From assembly GCA_963702435.1 (NCBI GenBank), contig CAVPCR010000004.1:1-64000 (forward strand): a stretch of 64,000 nucleotides of DNA, given 5' to 3'. The notes beneath the pieces were generated by a model. It did not search any database. It saw only the letters and a program-made list of their open reading frames with translations, and was not told where the DNA came from. This DNA comes from Candidatus Eiseniibacteriota bacterium (GTDB taxonomy: Bacteria > Eisenbacteria > RBG-16-71-46 > CAVPCR01). The position numbers were made by a program, and so were the translations under genes. Shown piece by piece: positions 52,431 through 63,087 of the stretch; position 1 is the first letter of the stretch, and each line of letters opens with the position of its first letter.

Positions 52431-53477
52431 TCAGGTGCCGGAGACCGGCGACCGCGACTTGTCTAGCGGCCTGTTTGCCGGCGTCCCTGTCTCCGCCGCC
52501 CGCTCGGCCCGCGCCGCCTCCGGCTTCACCTCGGCCCGCGCCGCCGGACCCGGCATCCGCACGTAGGTGAGCCAGCCGCGCCGGTCCTCGAGCCGCCCGT
52601 GCACCGCGTCGTCGTAGCCCTGCTCGATCATGCGCGTGATCGGGCCCGGCACCGTGTAGCCGATCTTGATGTGGTCGATCGAGCGCACCGGCGTGATCTC
52701 GGCCGCGGTACCGGTCAGGAAGATCTCCTCGGCGATGTACAGCATCTCGCGCGGGATCCGCCGCTCCTCGACCTTGATCCCCTGCTCGCGAGCGAGCGCC
52801 ATCACCGTGTCGCGCGTGATGCCGATCAAGAGCGCCGAGTCCCACGGCGGCGTGTAGAGGACGCCGTCGAGCACGATGAAGATGTTTTCGCCGCTCCCCT
52901 CGCTGACGAAGCCGTCGGCGTCGAGCGCCACCGCCTCCGCGTAACCGTCGGCGAGCGCGTCCAGCTTGATGAGCTGCGAGCTCATGTAGTTGGCGCCCGC
53001 CTTGGCCATCGACGGCAGCGTGTCCGGCGCGAAGCGCCGCCACGACGAGACCTTGATGTCGACCCCCGTCGTCTCCGTGCCCTCGCCCAGATAGCGACCC
53101 CAGGGCCAGGCCCCGACCGCGATCTCGATCGGGCAAGCGCGCGGATCGAGACCGAGGACCTTGTACCCGCGGTAGACCACCGGCCGGATGTAGCACTCCT
53201 CGAGCCCGTTGCGCTCGACCACCTCGCGAATCCCGTCCTCCACCTCCGCCGGAGTGATGTTCGGCTCCATGCGGTAGATGCGGCAGGAATTGAACAGCCG
53301 GCGGACGTGCTCTTTCAGGCGGAAGATCGCCGGGCCGTCCGCGGTGCGATAGCAGCGGATACCCTCGAACACGCTCGACCCGTAGTGGACGACATGCGAC
53401 ATGACGTGGATCTGGGCATCATCCCAGCGGACGAACTTGCCGTTCATCCAGATCCATTCGGTCTTGGGGAGTGTCAT
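52431..53477 (-). CDS. ilvE: Branched-chain amino acid aminotransferase
   Basis: HYGSSVFEGIRCY, EGSGENIF, TGTAAEITP. Confidence 0.96.
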   Translation of the reverse strand: MTLPKTEWIWMNGKFVRWDDAQIHVMSHVVHYGSSVFEGIRCYRTADGPAIFRLKEHVRRLFNSCRIYRMEPNITPAEVEDGIREVVERNGLEECYIRPVVYRGYKVLGLDPRACPIEIAVGAWPWGRYLGEGTETTGVDIKVSSWRRFAPDTLPSMAKAGANYMSSQLIKLDALADGYAEAVALDADGFVSEGSGENIFIVLDGVLYTPPWDSALLIGITRDTVMALAREQGIKVEERRIPREMLYIAEEIFLTGTAAEITPVRSIDHIKIGYTVPGPITRMIEQGYDDAVHGRLEDRRGWLTYVRMPGPAARAEVKPEAARAERAAETGTPANRPLDKSRSPVSGT

Positions 53478-53612
53478 GGTTCTCCTCCCGGGCGGCGCGT
53501 GCCAGCGCCGCCCCGGGCGCCTCTCGCCCGGGGGGCCCGGCCGGCGCCGGTCCCTACCCGTACGCCACGCTGTTGCGATACCGGCGCCTGTCGCCGCCGG
53601 CGGTCACACCGA

Positions 53613-54176
53613 TCACCCGGTCGTTCCCGGCGCCATCGAGGCCCCGGCCGGTCGCCCCCGCGCGGCGTGCACCAGACCGAGAACGCGCGCGACGATGTCG
53701 TCGAGCGCCGCAGTCGCCGCCGGCGTGAGCCCGGAGCCGAGCTCGATCGAGACCGGCACGAACCCGACAACGTGCACCGGCGGCAGCTCGATGGCGAGCG
53801 CCGCCGCCAGTGCGACGAGCCCGCCCAGCTCGAACTCGTGCGCCGACACGGTGGACAGCGCGCCGCCCGCCCCGGAGTTGAGCTCGAACTCGACCACCGA
53901 CCCCCGGAGTCGACCCGGCACCTTCACCGCGCCGATCACGATCACACGTTCGTAGCGGCCGAGAGCGGCCACCACGTCGATCATGGATGTCCCGGCGTCG
54001 CGGAGCTCGACGCGCGCCGGCCATCGTTCCCCCTCAAGTCGCGCGATCGCGGCGCTGCCGATGCCGTCATCGCCGAGGAGCGCATTGCCGATGCCGAGCA
54101 CGAGGACCGTCGGCCTGGGGCGCCGTCGCCTGGGCGCCACCAGGCCCGCAGCCTGGCTATGAGCGGTCGCGTTCAT
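53613..54176 (-). CDS. Hydrogenase maturation protease
   Basis: VLGIGNALLGDDGIG, DAGT, SAHE. Confidence 0.85.
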   Translation of the reverse strand: MNATAHSQAAGLVAPRRRRPRPTVLVLGIGNALLGDDGIGSAAIARLEGERWPARVELRDAGTSMIDVVAALGRYERVIVIGAVKVPGRLRGSVVEFELNSGAGGALSTVSAHEFELGGLVALAAALAIELPPVHVVGFVPVSIELGSGLTPAATAALDDIVARVLGLVHAARGRPAGASMAPGTTG

Positions 54177-55055
54177 CAGATTCGTCGGATTCGTGGAGTT
54201 CGACTGCCGGCCGGTCCCGGATTCCACCTGCGCGGGGCCCGGTCCGGATGAAGGGGCACCGCGCGGTGGTCGGCCGGAATAGGTCATGCAGAAAGGGTGC
54301 CGCCGGCCCGGAAGGGACCGGAGCCGGCCATGGGGACGACACTTAGGGAAGCTCCCGGGGCGCTGGCCAGCGGCGCTACCGGGGCGCGTTCCGGACTTCT
54401 TGGCAGGATTCCCGAGGCCGCCCGGGGACAGCCTGGCAGGGGGCCCGGCGCGGTGCAGGGAGATCCGGGTTCGCGCTCCTAGCCGGCATGGGCGACGAGA
54501 CTTACGACGTTCGATCGGGTCACGAGCCCCATCCGCTCCCCGCTCCCGGAATGAACCACGAGGAACCGCGCTCACACCGGCCTCGACCATGCGCGCTACC
54601 GCCAGCGGTCGGATCCGGCGCGTCCGGTCAGTCGTCGAGCCCCGCGGGGTCACGGCGCGCGTGCCGTCCCGAAGTCGGGGCGGGAAAGACGAGAGCGCCG
54701 GGGCTCACACCCCGGCGCCCTCTCGACGGGTCGCTCTCAACTCCCCGGACAACCAGCCTCCGGGTCGGTGCCTCCGCTTCCGTCCCCATCCCGGCGCCTG
54801 GCCGGACCCTTAGGTCCGGATCGCCATCACGAGCGGTCGTCCGCCCGGAGGCCGGTAGGCCGGGGAGCTAGCGAGCGACACGGTCCCGGCACCCATCCCC
54901 ATTTGGGTACCGGTTCCTCCTTGGTGCTGATCGGCCGGGGACGACCCCGGCCGGGGCACTAATCAGGAGGCCACCACCCCACCCATCCACACACTCAAGC
55001 TCTTCAGGTCGTGGTCACGATCGCTCGGCGCGACCGTGGCTGTTTGACCCTGTTT

Positions 55056-55070
55056 GCACCCCCCATACCA
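55056..55070 (-). promoter_or_regulatory. Putative sigma54 promoter, leftward
   Basis: Minus strand TGGTAT-GGGGG-GTGC (GG-N10-GC). Confidence 0.4.
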
Positions 55071-55459
55071 GGGCACCCCGCGAACACCGCGCGATCAGAG
55101 ACATGTGCCCATCTGCTTATCAAGCAAGTACTTACCACAGTCAGAGGGGCTCCTCTGCGCCCGCGTCCGAGGTCGCGACAAGGCCTGGTCCCCCCCCGTT
55201 CTCGCCATTTCGACCACGGGCCCGGGTTTTCAGCTGCCACCCTGTCAGCCTGACCGCCTGCGCTTCCGGGCGAATCGGAGACCCTCCCGAACGGCATCCT
55301 CACTACCCTGCGGCCAGACTGGCGGACCTCTCGACGAATTGTCCACGGCAACAGGTAATGAGACAATGTGTCCATAGCAAACGGGGGCTCTGGAACGTAT
55401 CGGGAGACTCAAGATATTGTCTGTAAATAACTTGCGTCGGTCGATCCGGCCCCGGGGGC

Positions 55460-55474
55460 TGGCATGCCTCGTGC
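55460..55474 (+). promoter_or_regulatory. Putative sigma54 promoter upstream of the NtrC-type gene
   Basis: TGGCAT-GCCTC-GTGC (GG-N10-GC), AT-rich tract just upstream. Confidence 0.5.
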
Positions 55475-55542
55475 GACGAATGATCAAGGCCGGTTTGCCA
55501 TTCCTGCCGGCCATTGCCTTCCTAACTGCCCGAGGTGACGAC

Positions 55543-57075
55543 GTGAACGGAACCAAGGCGGTCATCCTGGTCGTGGATGACGAAGCTCACATCCGCGAAT
55601 CCCTCGACAAGACGCTGGCCAAGGAGGGGTTTCTCGTCCTCCAGGCCGCGACCGGGCAGGAGGCCCTGGAGGTCCTCCGCGAGCGGTCGGTCAACATGGC
55701 GCTCTGCGACCTGCGCATGCCGGTGATGGACGGCATGCAGTTCCTGAAGGCGGCGCGCGCCATGCGACCGGAGACCGAGGTCGTGATGATGACCGGTTAC
55801 GGCACGGTCGAGACGGCGGTCGATGCGATCAAGCACGGCGCCTACGACTTCATCGAGAAACCGTTCAAGCGCATCGAGCTTGTGAAGACGGTCGAGAAGG
55901 CGCTCGAGAAGCAGAACCTGCTCTTCGAGAACAAGCGGTTGCGCGAGGAGCTCGACGGCGAAACGGCCGGGCCGCGCTCGGTCATCGGCGTCAGCCGGTC
56001 CATGCTGCAGGTCATCGAGCTCGTCAATCAGGTCGCGGACTCGGCGGCCACCATCCTCATCGAGGGCGAGAGCGGCACCGGCAAGGAAGTCATCGCCAAC
56101 GCCGTCCACTACCGGTCGAATCGACGGAACCGCCCCTTCATCAAGGTGAGCTGCGCCGCGCTTCCGGAAACGCTCCTCGAGGCCGAGCTCTTCGGCTACG
56201 AGAAAGGCGCCTTCACCGGCGCCATCGGACGCAAGAGCGGCCGCTTCGAGCTCGCGGACACCGGCACCCTGTTCATGGACGAGGTGGGCGAGATCCCGCC
56301 CTCGATGCAGGTCAAGCTCCTGCGCGTGCTGCAGGAAGGGGAGTTCGAGCGGCTCGGCGGCACCAAGACCCTGCGCGTGGATGTGCGCCTGGTCGCCGCC
56401 ACCAACCGCAATCTCGCCGAGCTCGTCAAGCGCGGCAGGTTCCGCGAGGACCTCTACTATCGCCTGAACGTGATCACCATTTCGATCCCGCCGCTCCGCG
56501 AGCGCCGCGAGGACGTCCCGCTCCTCGTCGACCACTTCATCCGGCGCTATGCCCGGCGCAACAACCGCGCGATCGCCGGTATCTCCAAGGACGCGATGGA
56601 CCGCCTGATGGAGCACTCGTGGCCCGGCAACGTGCGCGAGCTCGAAAACACGATCGAGCGTGCCATCGTCCTCACCCGCGATACGATGATCGCCGGCGAC
56701 GCATTGCCGCCGTCGATCCTGTCGTCGGCCGCTCCCTCCTCGCGCGTGATCGTGCCGATCGGCATGAAGATGCAGGATGTGCAGCGGCTCATGATCAACG
56801 AGACGCTCCGCCACACGGGTGGGAACCGCGAGCTCGCGGCCAAGCTGCTCGGCATCGCCTCGCGCACGATCTACCGGAAGATCGGGCCCCGGCCCGCGGA
56901 TGAGGATGACTCGGACGACGAGGACGAGGAGCCGGAGGAGGAGCCCCGTGCGGTGCACGCCGCCGGGCGCGACGAGGAGGGGAGCGAGGGTTCCTTCCTG
57001 TCCCCGGATGGCTCCGACGACCACGATACGGAGGCCGCCGGGACCGCCGAAGACAGGCGGGCCAGCGGAGCCTGA
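55543..57075 (+). CDS. Sigma54-dependent response regulator (NtrC/AtoC family)
   Basis: REC domain, [14 protein letters not shown], Fis-type HTH, acidic tail. Confidence 0.95.
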   Translation: MNGTKAVILVVDDEAHIRESLDKTLAKEGFLVLQAATGQEALEVLRERSVNMALCDLRMPVMDGMQFLKAARAMRPETEVVMMTGYGTVETAVDAIKHGAYDFIEKPFKRIELVKTVEKALEKQNLLFENKRLREELDGETAGPRSVIGVSRSMLQVIELVNQVADSAATILIEGESGTGKEVIANAVHYRSNRRNRPFIKVSCAALPETLLEAELFGYEKGAFTGAIGRKSGRFELADTGTLFMDEVGEIPPSMQVKLLRVLQEGEFERLGGTKTLRVDVRLVAATNRNLAELVKRGRFREDLYYRLNVITISIPPLRERREDVPLLVDHFIRRYARRNNRAIAGISKDAMDRLMEHSWPGNVRELENTIERAIVLTRDTMIAGDALPPSILSSAAPSSRVIVPIGMKMQDVQRLMINETLRHTGGNRELAAKLLGIASRTIYRKIGPRPADEDDSDDEDEEPEEEPRAVHAAGRDEEGSEGSFLSPDGSDDHDTEAAGTAEDRRASGA

Positions 57076-57084
57076 TCCGGCGCC

Positions 57085-57930
57085 TCAGCGCCGCTTCCCC
57101 TCCACGTAGAGGATCGGCACGGTCAGCCGGAGTTCCCCGCGCGCGGCCGCCACGCGGTCGAGCCGCGCCTCGAGCTCGGCGAAGACGGCGGCCGCGGCGG
57201 ACTCGCCCGCGACCTCGCGCCAGCCGTCGAGAAAACCGGCGCGGATCAGCACATGGCGGAAGAGCGCCGCTCCGTCGAGAAACCGGAGGCTCCACTCCTC
57301 CTCGATCACGCGCGTTACCCCGAACCCCGCCGCCTCGATGTCGGCGCAGAGCGCATCCCGCGTGCCGCGGTGCGCCTCGTGCCGGGCGAGCCGCTCGACG
57401 CCGGCCGTCAGGCCGCGCCCGGTGAGCACCTCGCGGAAGACGGCATAGAACTCCCGCATGTGTCCCTTGACGTTGGTGGTGAGAACGAGCCGCGCGCCCG
57501 GCCGTGCCACACGCGCGCACTCCCGCCACACGGCGCCCGGGGCGGCGAAGTTGTTGACGCCGAGATTCGAGACGATGAGATCGAACGAGGCCGCGCGGAG
57601 TGGAAGGCAGGCGCCGTCGCCGCGCACGAGCGTGACGTGCGGGAGATCGTACTGCCGGCGCTTGAAGGCGGCGCGCCTGAGAGCCGCCGCCCAGACATCG
57701 ACGCCGACCAGGGTCGTGCCCGGCCCGTGCCGGTGCGCGAGCTCGAAGAGCGGGAACCCGGTACCGCAGCCGAGGTCGAGGATGCGGATCCCGCGGACGA
57801 GAGCCACCTCCTCGACGAGGAGGAGGCCGAAGCGCGCCGACCACAGGGAGACCTCGTCGAACGTCGAGACGACGTCCGGATCGTCGGGGTCAACGCGATG
57901 CCCGAGGTGGTCCGCCATCCTGCCTGTCAC
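57085..57930 (-). CDS. Class I SAM-dependent methyltransferase
   Basis: ILDLGCGTG, SFDLIVSN. Confidence 0.9.
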   Translation of the reverse strand: MTGRMADHLGHRVDPDDPDVVSTFDEVSLWSARFGLLLVEEVALVRGIRILDLGCGTGFPLFELAHRHGPGTTLVGVDVWAAALRRAAFKRRQYDLPHVTLVRGDGACLPLRAASFDLIVSNLGVNNFAAPGAVWRECARVARPGARLVLTTNVKGHMREFYAVFREVLTGRGLTAGVERLARHEAHRGTRDALCADIEAAGFGVTRVIEEEWSLRFLDGAALFRHVLIRAGFLDGWREVAGESAAAAVFAELEARLDRVAAARGELRLTVPILYVEGKRR

Positions 57931-57937
57931 ATCCGCT

Positions 57938-59293
57938 TCACGCCGGCCTGGGCGGCGGCACGCTGCCGCGCTCGGCGGACGTCGGAGTCGTGCCCGGAAT
58001 CTCCCGCGGGCGCACGCACAGCCGCTCCGGCAGCACGATGCGGAAGGCGGCCCCGCGGCCGGGTTGCCCCGTGCAGCTCACTTCGCCGCCGTGCTCGAGC
58101 ACGACCTGCTGCACGAAGGCGAGGCCGAGACCGGTCCCCGTGTCCTTGGTCGAGAAGAACGGATCGAACACCTGCTGCGTCTGCGCCGGTTCGAGGCCCA
58201 CGCCCGTGTCGACGACCACCACCTCGATCGCGCCGTCCGGCTCCTCGCGCAGACGGATGGTGACCTTGCCGCCATCGGGCATCGCCTCCTGCGAGTTGCG
58301 GAGCAGGTTCAGCAGCACCTGCCGGAACTGGTTGCGGTCGAGATAGACGATCGGCCTCCGGTCCTGGGCGTCGATCTCGCTCGTGACGTTGTAGCGCTCG
58401 AACTCGGGGGACAGGAATTTGAGCACCTGCTCGGCCAGGTCCTTCAGGTCAACCTGCTCCAGATCGAGCCGCGGCATGCGCGCGAACTGGAGATACTCCT
58501 CGACGATGCGGCTCAGGCGGTCGATCTCGCCGGCGATCGCGCGCAGGAGATCCACCGCCTCGGTCGTATCCGCCCCGCGGTACCCGATGAGCTCGTCGTT
58601 CAGGAGTTCCGTGTTGAGCGAGATCGAGCTCAGGGGATTGCGGATCTCGTGCGCCACCTTGGCCGCCATGCTCCCCACCGCCGCCAGCCGCTCCCACTTG
58701 GAGAGCTGCCGCGTGCGCTCGCTCACCAGATCCTCGAGCCGTGCTTTCTGGTCGCGCACGAGCGCGAGGGTCCGCCCGACATAGGCCTCGGTGACCAGGA
58801 TCATGTCGAGGAGCAGGACCTTGTTGAGCGAGAGCATGGTCGCCTGCTCCGCAGGGCTCGCGCAGGGGAGCAGGCGCGGGGTCAGGTCGCGCAGGTAGAG
58901 CCAGTAGGCTCCCAGGTACCAGCGCGGAGCGAGCCCGATCCGTTCGTGCGCGGCGCCGATGCGGAGCCGGTCGCGGAGGTAGTCGTCGCCATAGTCGCCG
59001 CCCCCCAGCGAGCGGAGGTAGCCGCGCTGCAGGTCTTTCAAACGCCGATCGACGTCGGCCCGCGTGAGAACGTCGCGGGTCGGTTCGGTCGCGAGCAGAT
59101 GGTTGTAGAAGCGCTCGACGATCTCGTCGATGTGCGGACCGTAGCGCTCGAGCGCCGCCCGCAGCCGCCGCGCATCCTCCTCGTCGAAATCGAGAAAGCG
59201 CTTGATCTCTTCCCACGCGTCAGGGGTGGGTCCGGCCGGGGGGGGGCCGGGGCTCGGGGCGGTCTCCGCCGCGCCCGCCGGGCGTTGGCTCAC
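57938..59293 (-). CDS. Globin-coupled (protoglobin) sensor histidine kinase
   Basis: IVERFY...RIGAAHERIGL globin; AHEIRNPL, NLLRNS, DTGVG, GTGLGL. Confidence 0.9.
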   Translation of the reverse strand: MSQRPAGAAETAPSPGPPPAGPTPDAWEEIKRFLDFDEEDARRLRAALERYGPHIDEIVERFYNHLLATEPTRDVLTRADVDRRLKDLQRGYLRSLGGGDYGDDYLRDRLRIGAAHERIGLAPRWYLGAYWLYLRDLTPRLLPCASPAEQATMLSLNKVLLLDMILVTEAYVGRTLALVRDQKARLEDLVSERTRQLSKWERLAAVGSMAAKVAHEIRNPLSSISLNTELLNDELIGYRGADTTEAVDLLRAIAGEIDRLSRIVEEYLQFARMPRLDLEQVDLKDLAEQVLKFLSPEFERYNVTSEIDAQDRRPIVYLDRNQFRQVLLNLLRNSQEAMPDGGKVTIRLREEPDGAIEVVVVDTGVGLEPAQTQQVFDPFFSTKDTGTGLGLAFVQQVVLEHGGEVSCTGQPGRGAAFRIVLPERLCVRPREIPGTTPTSAERGSVPPPRPA

Positions 59294-59422
59294 CGAGACT
59301 CCTCCTCGATCGTGTGCGGATGCCTCTGCGAGCGCTCATCATTCCACGTCCCGGGTCCCAAGTCCAGGCGCGGCGGCGGGAGAGCGGCCGCGCCGTGCTG
59401 CCGGCAGGAGCGCGGCCACGCA

Positions 59423-60322
59423 ATGGTGCCGGTGTTGTATGCGGGCCGGCCGGGTGAAGACCACGGTCCTCTGCGCTACAATGCGCGCCGTGCCATCCTT
59501 CCCCCCCTCAAGCTCCGCGATCGCACTGCGCTCGTGACCGGCGCCTCGAGCGGGATCGGTCGCGCGCTCGCGTCGGCCCTGGCCGGCGAGGGCGTCCACC
59601 TCGTCCTGACCGCCCGCCGCGCCGATCGTCTGGCCGCAGTCGCTGCCGAGATCGCCGCCCGCGGATACGCGACACCGGTGGTCGTGGCCGGAGATCTCGC
59701 GGCGCCCGGCGGGCCCGACGAGGTGTTCGCGGCGGCGCGGGCGGCGGCCGGGGGGCCGCTCGACATCCTCGTCAACAACGCCGGCGCCGGCCGCGTCGGT
59801 GCGGTCGCCGACGCGGACCTCGACCGCCTCTCGGCGATGGTGCGCCTGAACGTGGACGCGCTCGTCCGCCTCACCCGGCTCGCGCTGCCGGAGATGATCG
59901 CGCGGCGCGACGGGGCCATCCTGCAGGTGGCGTCCACCGCGGCCTTCGTGCCGCTGCCCTACTCCGCTGTCTATGCCGCCACCAAGTCCTTCGTCGTCAG
60001 CTTCGCCGAGGCCGTGCACGCCGAGGTCAAGGAGCACGGCGTGCGCGTCGTGTGCCTGTGTCCGGGACGCACCGCCACCGAGTTCTTCATGGCGGCCGGG
60101 TACGAAACCCTCGCCATGCGCGGGACGGGATGGATGTCTGCCGAGGCAGTGGCCGCCGAAGGTGTGGCCGCGCTCGTCCGCGGCGATGCGCTGCGGGCGA
60201 CCGGGCGCCTGAACCGCGCGTTCGCCAGTCTCGCGCCGCTCGTGCCGCGTTCCGCGCTCCGGCGCGGTGCCGACTTCGTCATGCGCCGGCGCCGGAAGCT
60301 GGGTCGCCAGGACGGGCGGTGA
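59423..60322 (+). CDS. SDR-family oxidoreductase
   Basis: TGASSGIG, NNAG, YAATK; start uncertain. Confidence 0.9.
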   Translation: MVPVLYAGRPGEDHGPLRYNARRAILPPLKLRDRTALVTGASSGIGRALASALAGEGVHLVLTARRADRLAAVAAEIAARGYATPVVVAGDLAAPGGPDEVFAAARAAAGGPLDILVNNAGAGRVGAVADADLDRLSAMVRLNVDALVRLTRLALPEMIARRDGAILQVASTAAFVPLPYSAVYAATKSFVVSFAEAVHAEVKEHGVRVVCLCPGRTATEFFMAAGYETLAMRGTGWMSAEAVAAEGVAALVRGDALRATGRLNRAFASLAPLVPRSALRRGADFVMRRRRKLGRQDGR

Positions 60323-60390
60323 CGGGACCGCGCCGCTTTGCCCGGCGTCTCGAGCCGCGCCGCCGGGCAAAGGAGTGGTAGAATAGGAGG

Positions 60391-62196
60391 ATGAAAAGCA
60401 CCAACGTCCTTCCGGCAGCCATCTTCCTCGCGGCCCTCGCCGCCACCGGGCCCCGCATCGCGGCGGCCGACACCCTGCTCGTCCGCACCCTTGACCCCGC
60501 GACCGGCTTGCCCGTCGCGGGCGCCTTCGTGCTCGTCGGTCCCCAGGAAGGGGTTCCCTTCCCGGGGAACTCGGGGCTCACCGGCGCGAGCGGTACCATC
60601 TCCTTCTCGCATCCCGGGCTCTCGGGCCCGCAGATCGTCACCGCCGGCACGGCGGACCGCGCCTACGTATCGATCACCGAGGCTCCGCTCACCGCGGTGA
60701 CGCTCTACCTGCCGCTCCGCGCCGTGGCGGACACGCTGCCGGCGCCCGTGGCCCGCGTCACCGGGCGCGGGCTCAATATCGCCACGCAGTCGAACGACGG
60801 GCGCTTCGACATCGGGTTCGTCCTCCCCGCCCTCGACGTGAACGCGCTCGTCTCGACCGCGCTCCTCGGCGGCGGCGCCGTGCCCTTCGCGGTGCCACCG
60901 GACACGGCCTACTTCCCGCCCCCCGTCGGCACCACGCCCGTGCCCGGCATCATGACCATGCCGGCGCAGACCGAGCTCCTGTTCCTCGTCTTCCAGAAGC
61001 CGGTCTACAAGATCGACCTTCCCGACCAGACGACGCAGTCGCTCTTCTGCCTCTCGGGGCGCATCGCGATCGCCGATCTCCTGGCGATCAGCGGCACCGA
61101 CATCTTCGCCGCGCTCAATGCCTTCACCATGCGCGAGGTGGGCATCGAGCGGAACCGCTCGATCTCCAACGGGGCGGTGGTCGATGTCAACGTGGACCTG
61201 AACCTCTCCACCAGCTTGACCCTCACCTTCGCCGGCGTGCCGCCCGCGAGCAAGATCACGGCCGGCTCCGCCGCCCGCATCCTCGAGCCCGGCGGGCGCG
61301 AGCGCTATGTCTTGTATGATGGGAAAGACGGCCTCATCGACCAGACCTCGACGCTCACGCTCTCCTCGATGAACCCGACCGGGGATCTGGCGGACGCCGT
61401 GAACGCCGTCGTCGCGACGCACGGCGACAGCGCGGCCAGCCGCGAGTTCCTCTCCGGCATCGTCAAGCGAGACGGGTTCACGGTGCCGGCGAACATCACC
61501 ATGGCGAGCTTCATGCTCTCCCCGCAGGTGACGCAGGGCGGCGAGACCTTCACCTTCACCGACGCCACGAACCCCGGCATCTCGCCGACGCCGACCTGGG
61601 CGCAGGGGTCGTTCCAGCTCACCGACGTGCCCGGAGGAAGCGGGGTCGCGACGACGACGCACTGGATCGTCTACACCCCCGCTCCCGACCTCGGCTTCAC
61701 CCTGCCGGTGCTGCCGGCCAGCGCACCGGTCGCTCTCCCCGACACGGCGGCGACCCCGGAGGCGGATCGCCTGCGGCTCACGCTCGCCGTCAACAATCAG
61801 ACGGGCGATGCGCAGACCGTGCTGGAGAACCCCTTCAACGATGCCACGCACTTCGCGACGCGCACGGTAGACGTGCAGCAGGCCACGACCGGGATCGCCG
61901 GCGGGCCGGCCATGGCGGTCGCCGCGCCGCGACTCGGCCGCGCGTACCCCGATCCGTTCAACCCGCGCGTCAACATCCCGGTGACCGCGACCCGGGACGC
62001 TCCGGTGACGGTCGTCATCTACTCGACGGCGGGCCGCGCGGTGCGGGAGCTCACCGCCCCGGCCACCTCCGGCGAGACGACCGTGCTCACCTGGGACGGC
62101 CGCGACGAGCGCGGAAAGCCGCTCGCGTCCGGCATGTACATCGCCCGGCTCCAGGGCGTGGCCGGTGCGGATGAGAAGCTCGTGCTCCTGCGCTAG
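60391..62196 (+). CDS. Secreted protein with FlgD-Ig/T9SS-like C-terminal domain
   Basis: RBS AGGAGG; YPDPFNP...WDGRD...SGMY...KLVLLR. Confidence 0.85.
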   Translation: MKSTNVLPAAIFLAALAATGPRIAAADTLLVRTLDPATGLPVAGAFVLVGPQEGVPFPGNSGLTGASGTISFSHPGLSGPQIVTAGTADRAYVSITEAPLTAVTLYLPLRAVADTLPAPVARVTGRGLNIATQSNDGRFDIGFVLPALDVNALVSTALLGGGAVPFAVPPDTAYFPPPVGTTPVPGIMTMPAQTELLFLVFQKPVYKIDLPDQTTQSLFCLSGRIAIADLLAISGTDIFAALNAFTMREVGIERNRSISNGAVVDVNVDLNLSTSLTLTFAGVPPASKITAGSAARILEPGGRERYVLYDGKDGLIDQTSTLTLSSMNPTGDLADAVNAVVATHGDSAASREFLSGIVKRDGFTVPANITMASFMLSPQVTQGGETFTFTDATNPGISPTPTWAQGSFQLTDVPGGSGVATTTHWIVYTPAPDLGFTLPVLPASAPVALPDTAATPEADRLRLTLAVNNQTGDAQTVLENPFNDATHFATRTVDVQQATTGIAGGPAMAVAAPRLGRAYPDPFNPRVNIPVTATRDAPVTVVIYSTAGRAVRELTAPATSGETTVLTWDGRDERGKPLASGMYIARLQGVAGADEKLVLLR

Positions 62197-62215
62197 CGAG
62201 AGAGAGCAAGGACCG

Positions 62216-63013
62216 ATGCGATTGCCGGTGCCGGCGGGAGTCCGGATGCCCCGCCAAGGGGCGCTTGTCGCTCTGACCCTGATCGCCGTTGCGAGCGGCC
62301 TGCCCGGCGGCGCCATCCCCGCCTCGGCGGCGACACGCCTCGTCGTGCGCCCGCTGGCGGCCCCGGCGCCCCTGCCGCTCCCCGCGGCGCCGCGCGACGG
62401 ATGCGTCACCGGCCAGACGAACGACCTGGACGCCCAGGCCGGGATCGAGGCGGAGGCGCGCGTCCAGAGTCCGTGCCTGCCGGGCCGGCCCGGCGCCGAG
62501 GGCGATCTCACCGGCTTCGCCTTCGTGCTCACCGGATGCGGCGACGGCGGCATCGGAGAGATCAGCCTCTGCTTCGGCACGGCCCAGCTCGAGACCCCCT
62601 TCTATCTCTTCGTCTGGCGGAGCGTGGGCGGCCTGCCCGCCGACGCCTGCGGACTCGCGGCGTACGGCGCGCTCCAGCGCGTTCAGGATGAGTTCCCCTT
62701 CTTCTCGGTCTACGACCTGTGCGCCGCGCGCGTGCCGATCGCCGAGGGAGAGCGCATCTTCGTCGGCGTCGTCTATCGCAACGTGGTGGAGATCCTCGGG
62801 CCCGACTGGTTCCTGGCGCGCAACGCCGAGGACGGATTCGCGGATCTGGGCTACGTCAACATCAGCGGGAAGCCGGGCGTGTGGGCCGACATGGCCGGAC
62901 TCGACCTCGGTCTCGGCAATCGCTGGGGCGTGTTCATGACGATCCTGTCCGAGTGCGGCGGTCTCGCCGTGGAGGATTCGAGCTGGGGCGCGGTCAAGGC
63001 ACTCCACCGCTAG
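62216..63013 (+). CDS. Secreted protein with SWGxVK tail
   Basis: Signal peptide; ends AVEDSSWGAVKALHR. Confidence 0.78.
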   Translation: MRLPVPAGVRMPRQGALVALTLIAVASGLPGGAIPASAATRLVVRPLAAPAPLPLPAAPRDGCVTGQTNDLDAQAGIEAEARVQSPCLPGRPGAEGDLTGFAFVLTGCGDGGIGEISLCFGTAQLETPFYLFVWRSVGGLPADACGLAAYGALQRVQDEFPFFSVYDLCAARVPIAEGERIFVGVVYRNVVEILGPDWFLARNAEDGFADLGYVNISGKPGVWADMAGLDLGLGNRWGVFMTILSECGGLAVEDSSWGAVKALHR

Positions 63014-63087
63014 GCAAGCGGCCGGGCCGCGATCCGCGCCGCGCACAACAGGCGCCGCGACAGGCGCCGCGGCCGGCGCCGCGCCGC

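Noticed and set aside
46046..62580. Long antisense ORFs (46046-47893, 48104-50365, 50287-51981, 55522-57024, 59971-62580)
   Set aside because: Shadow frames of well-supported GC-rich genes on the opposite strand
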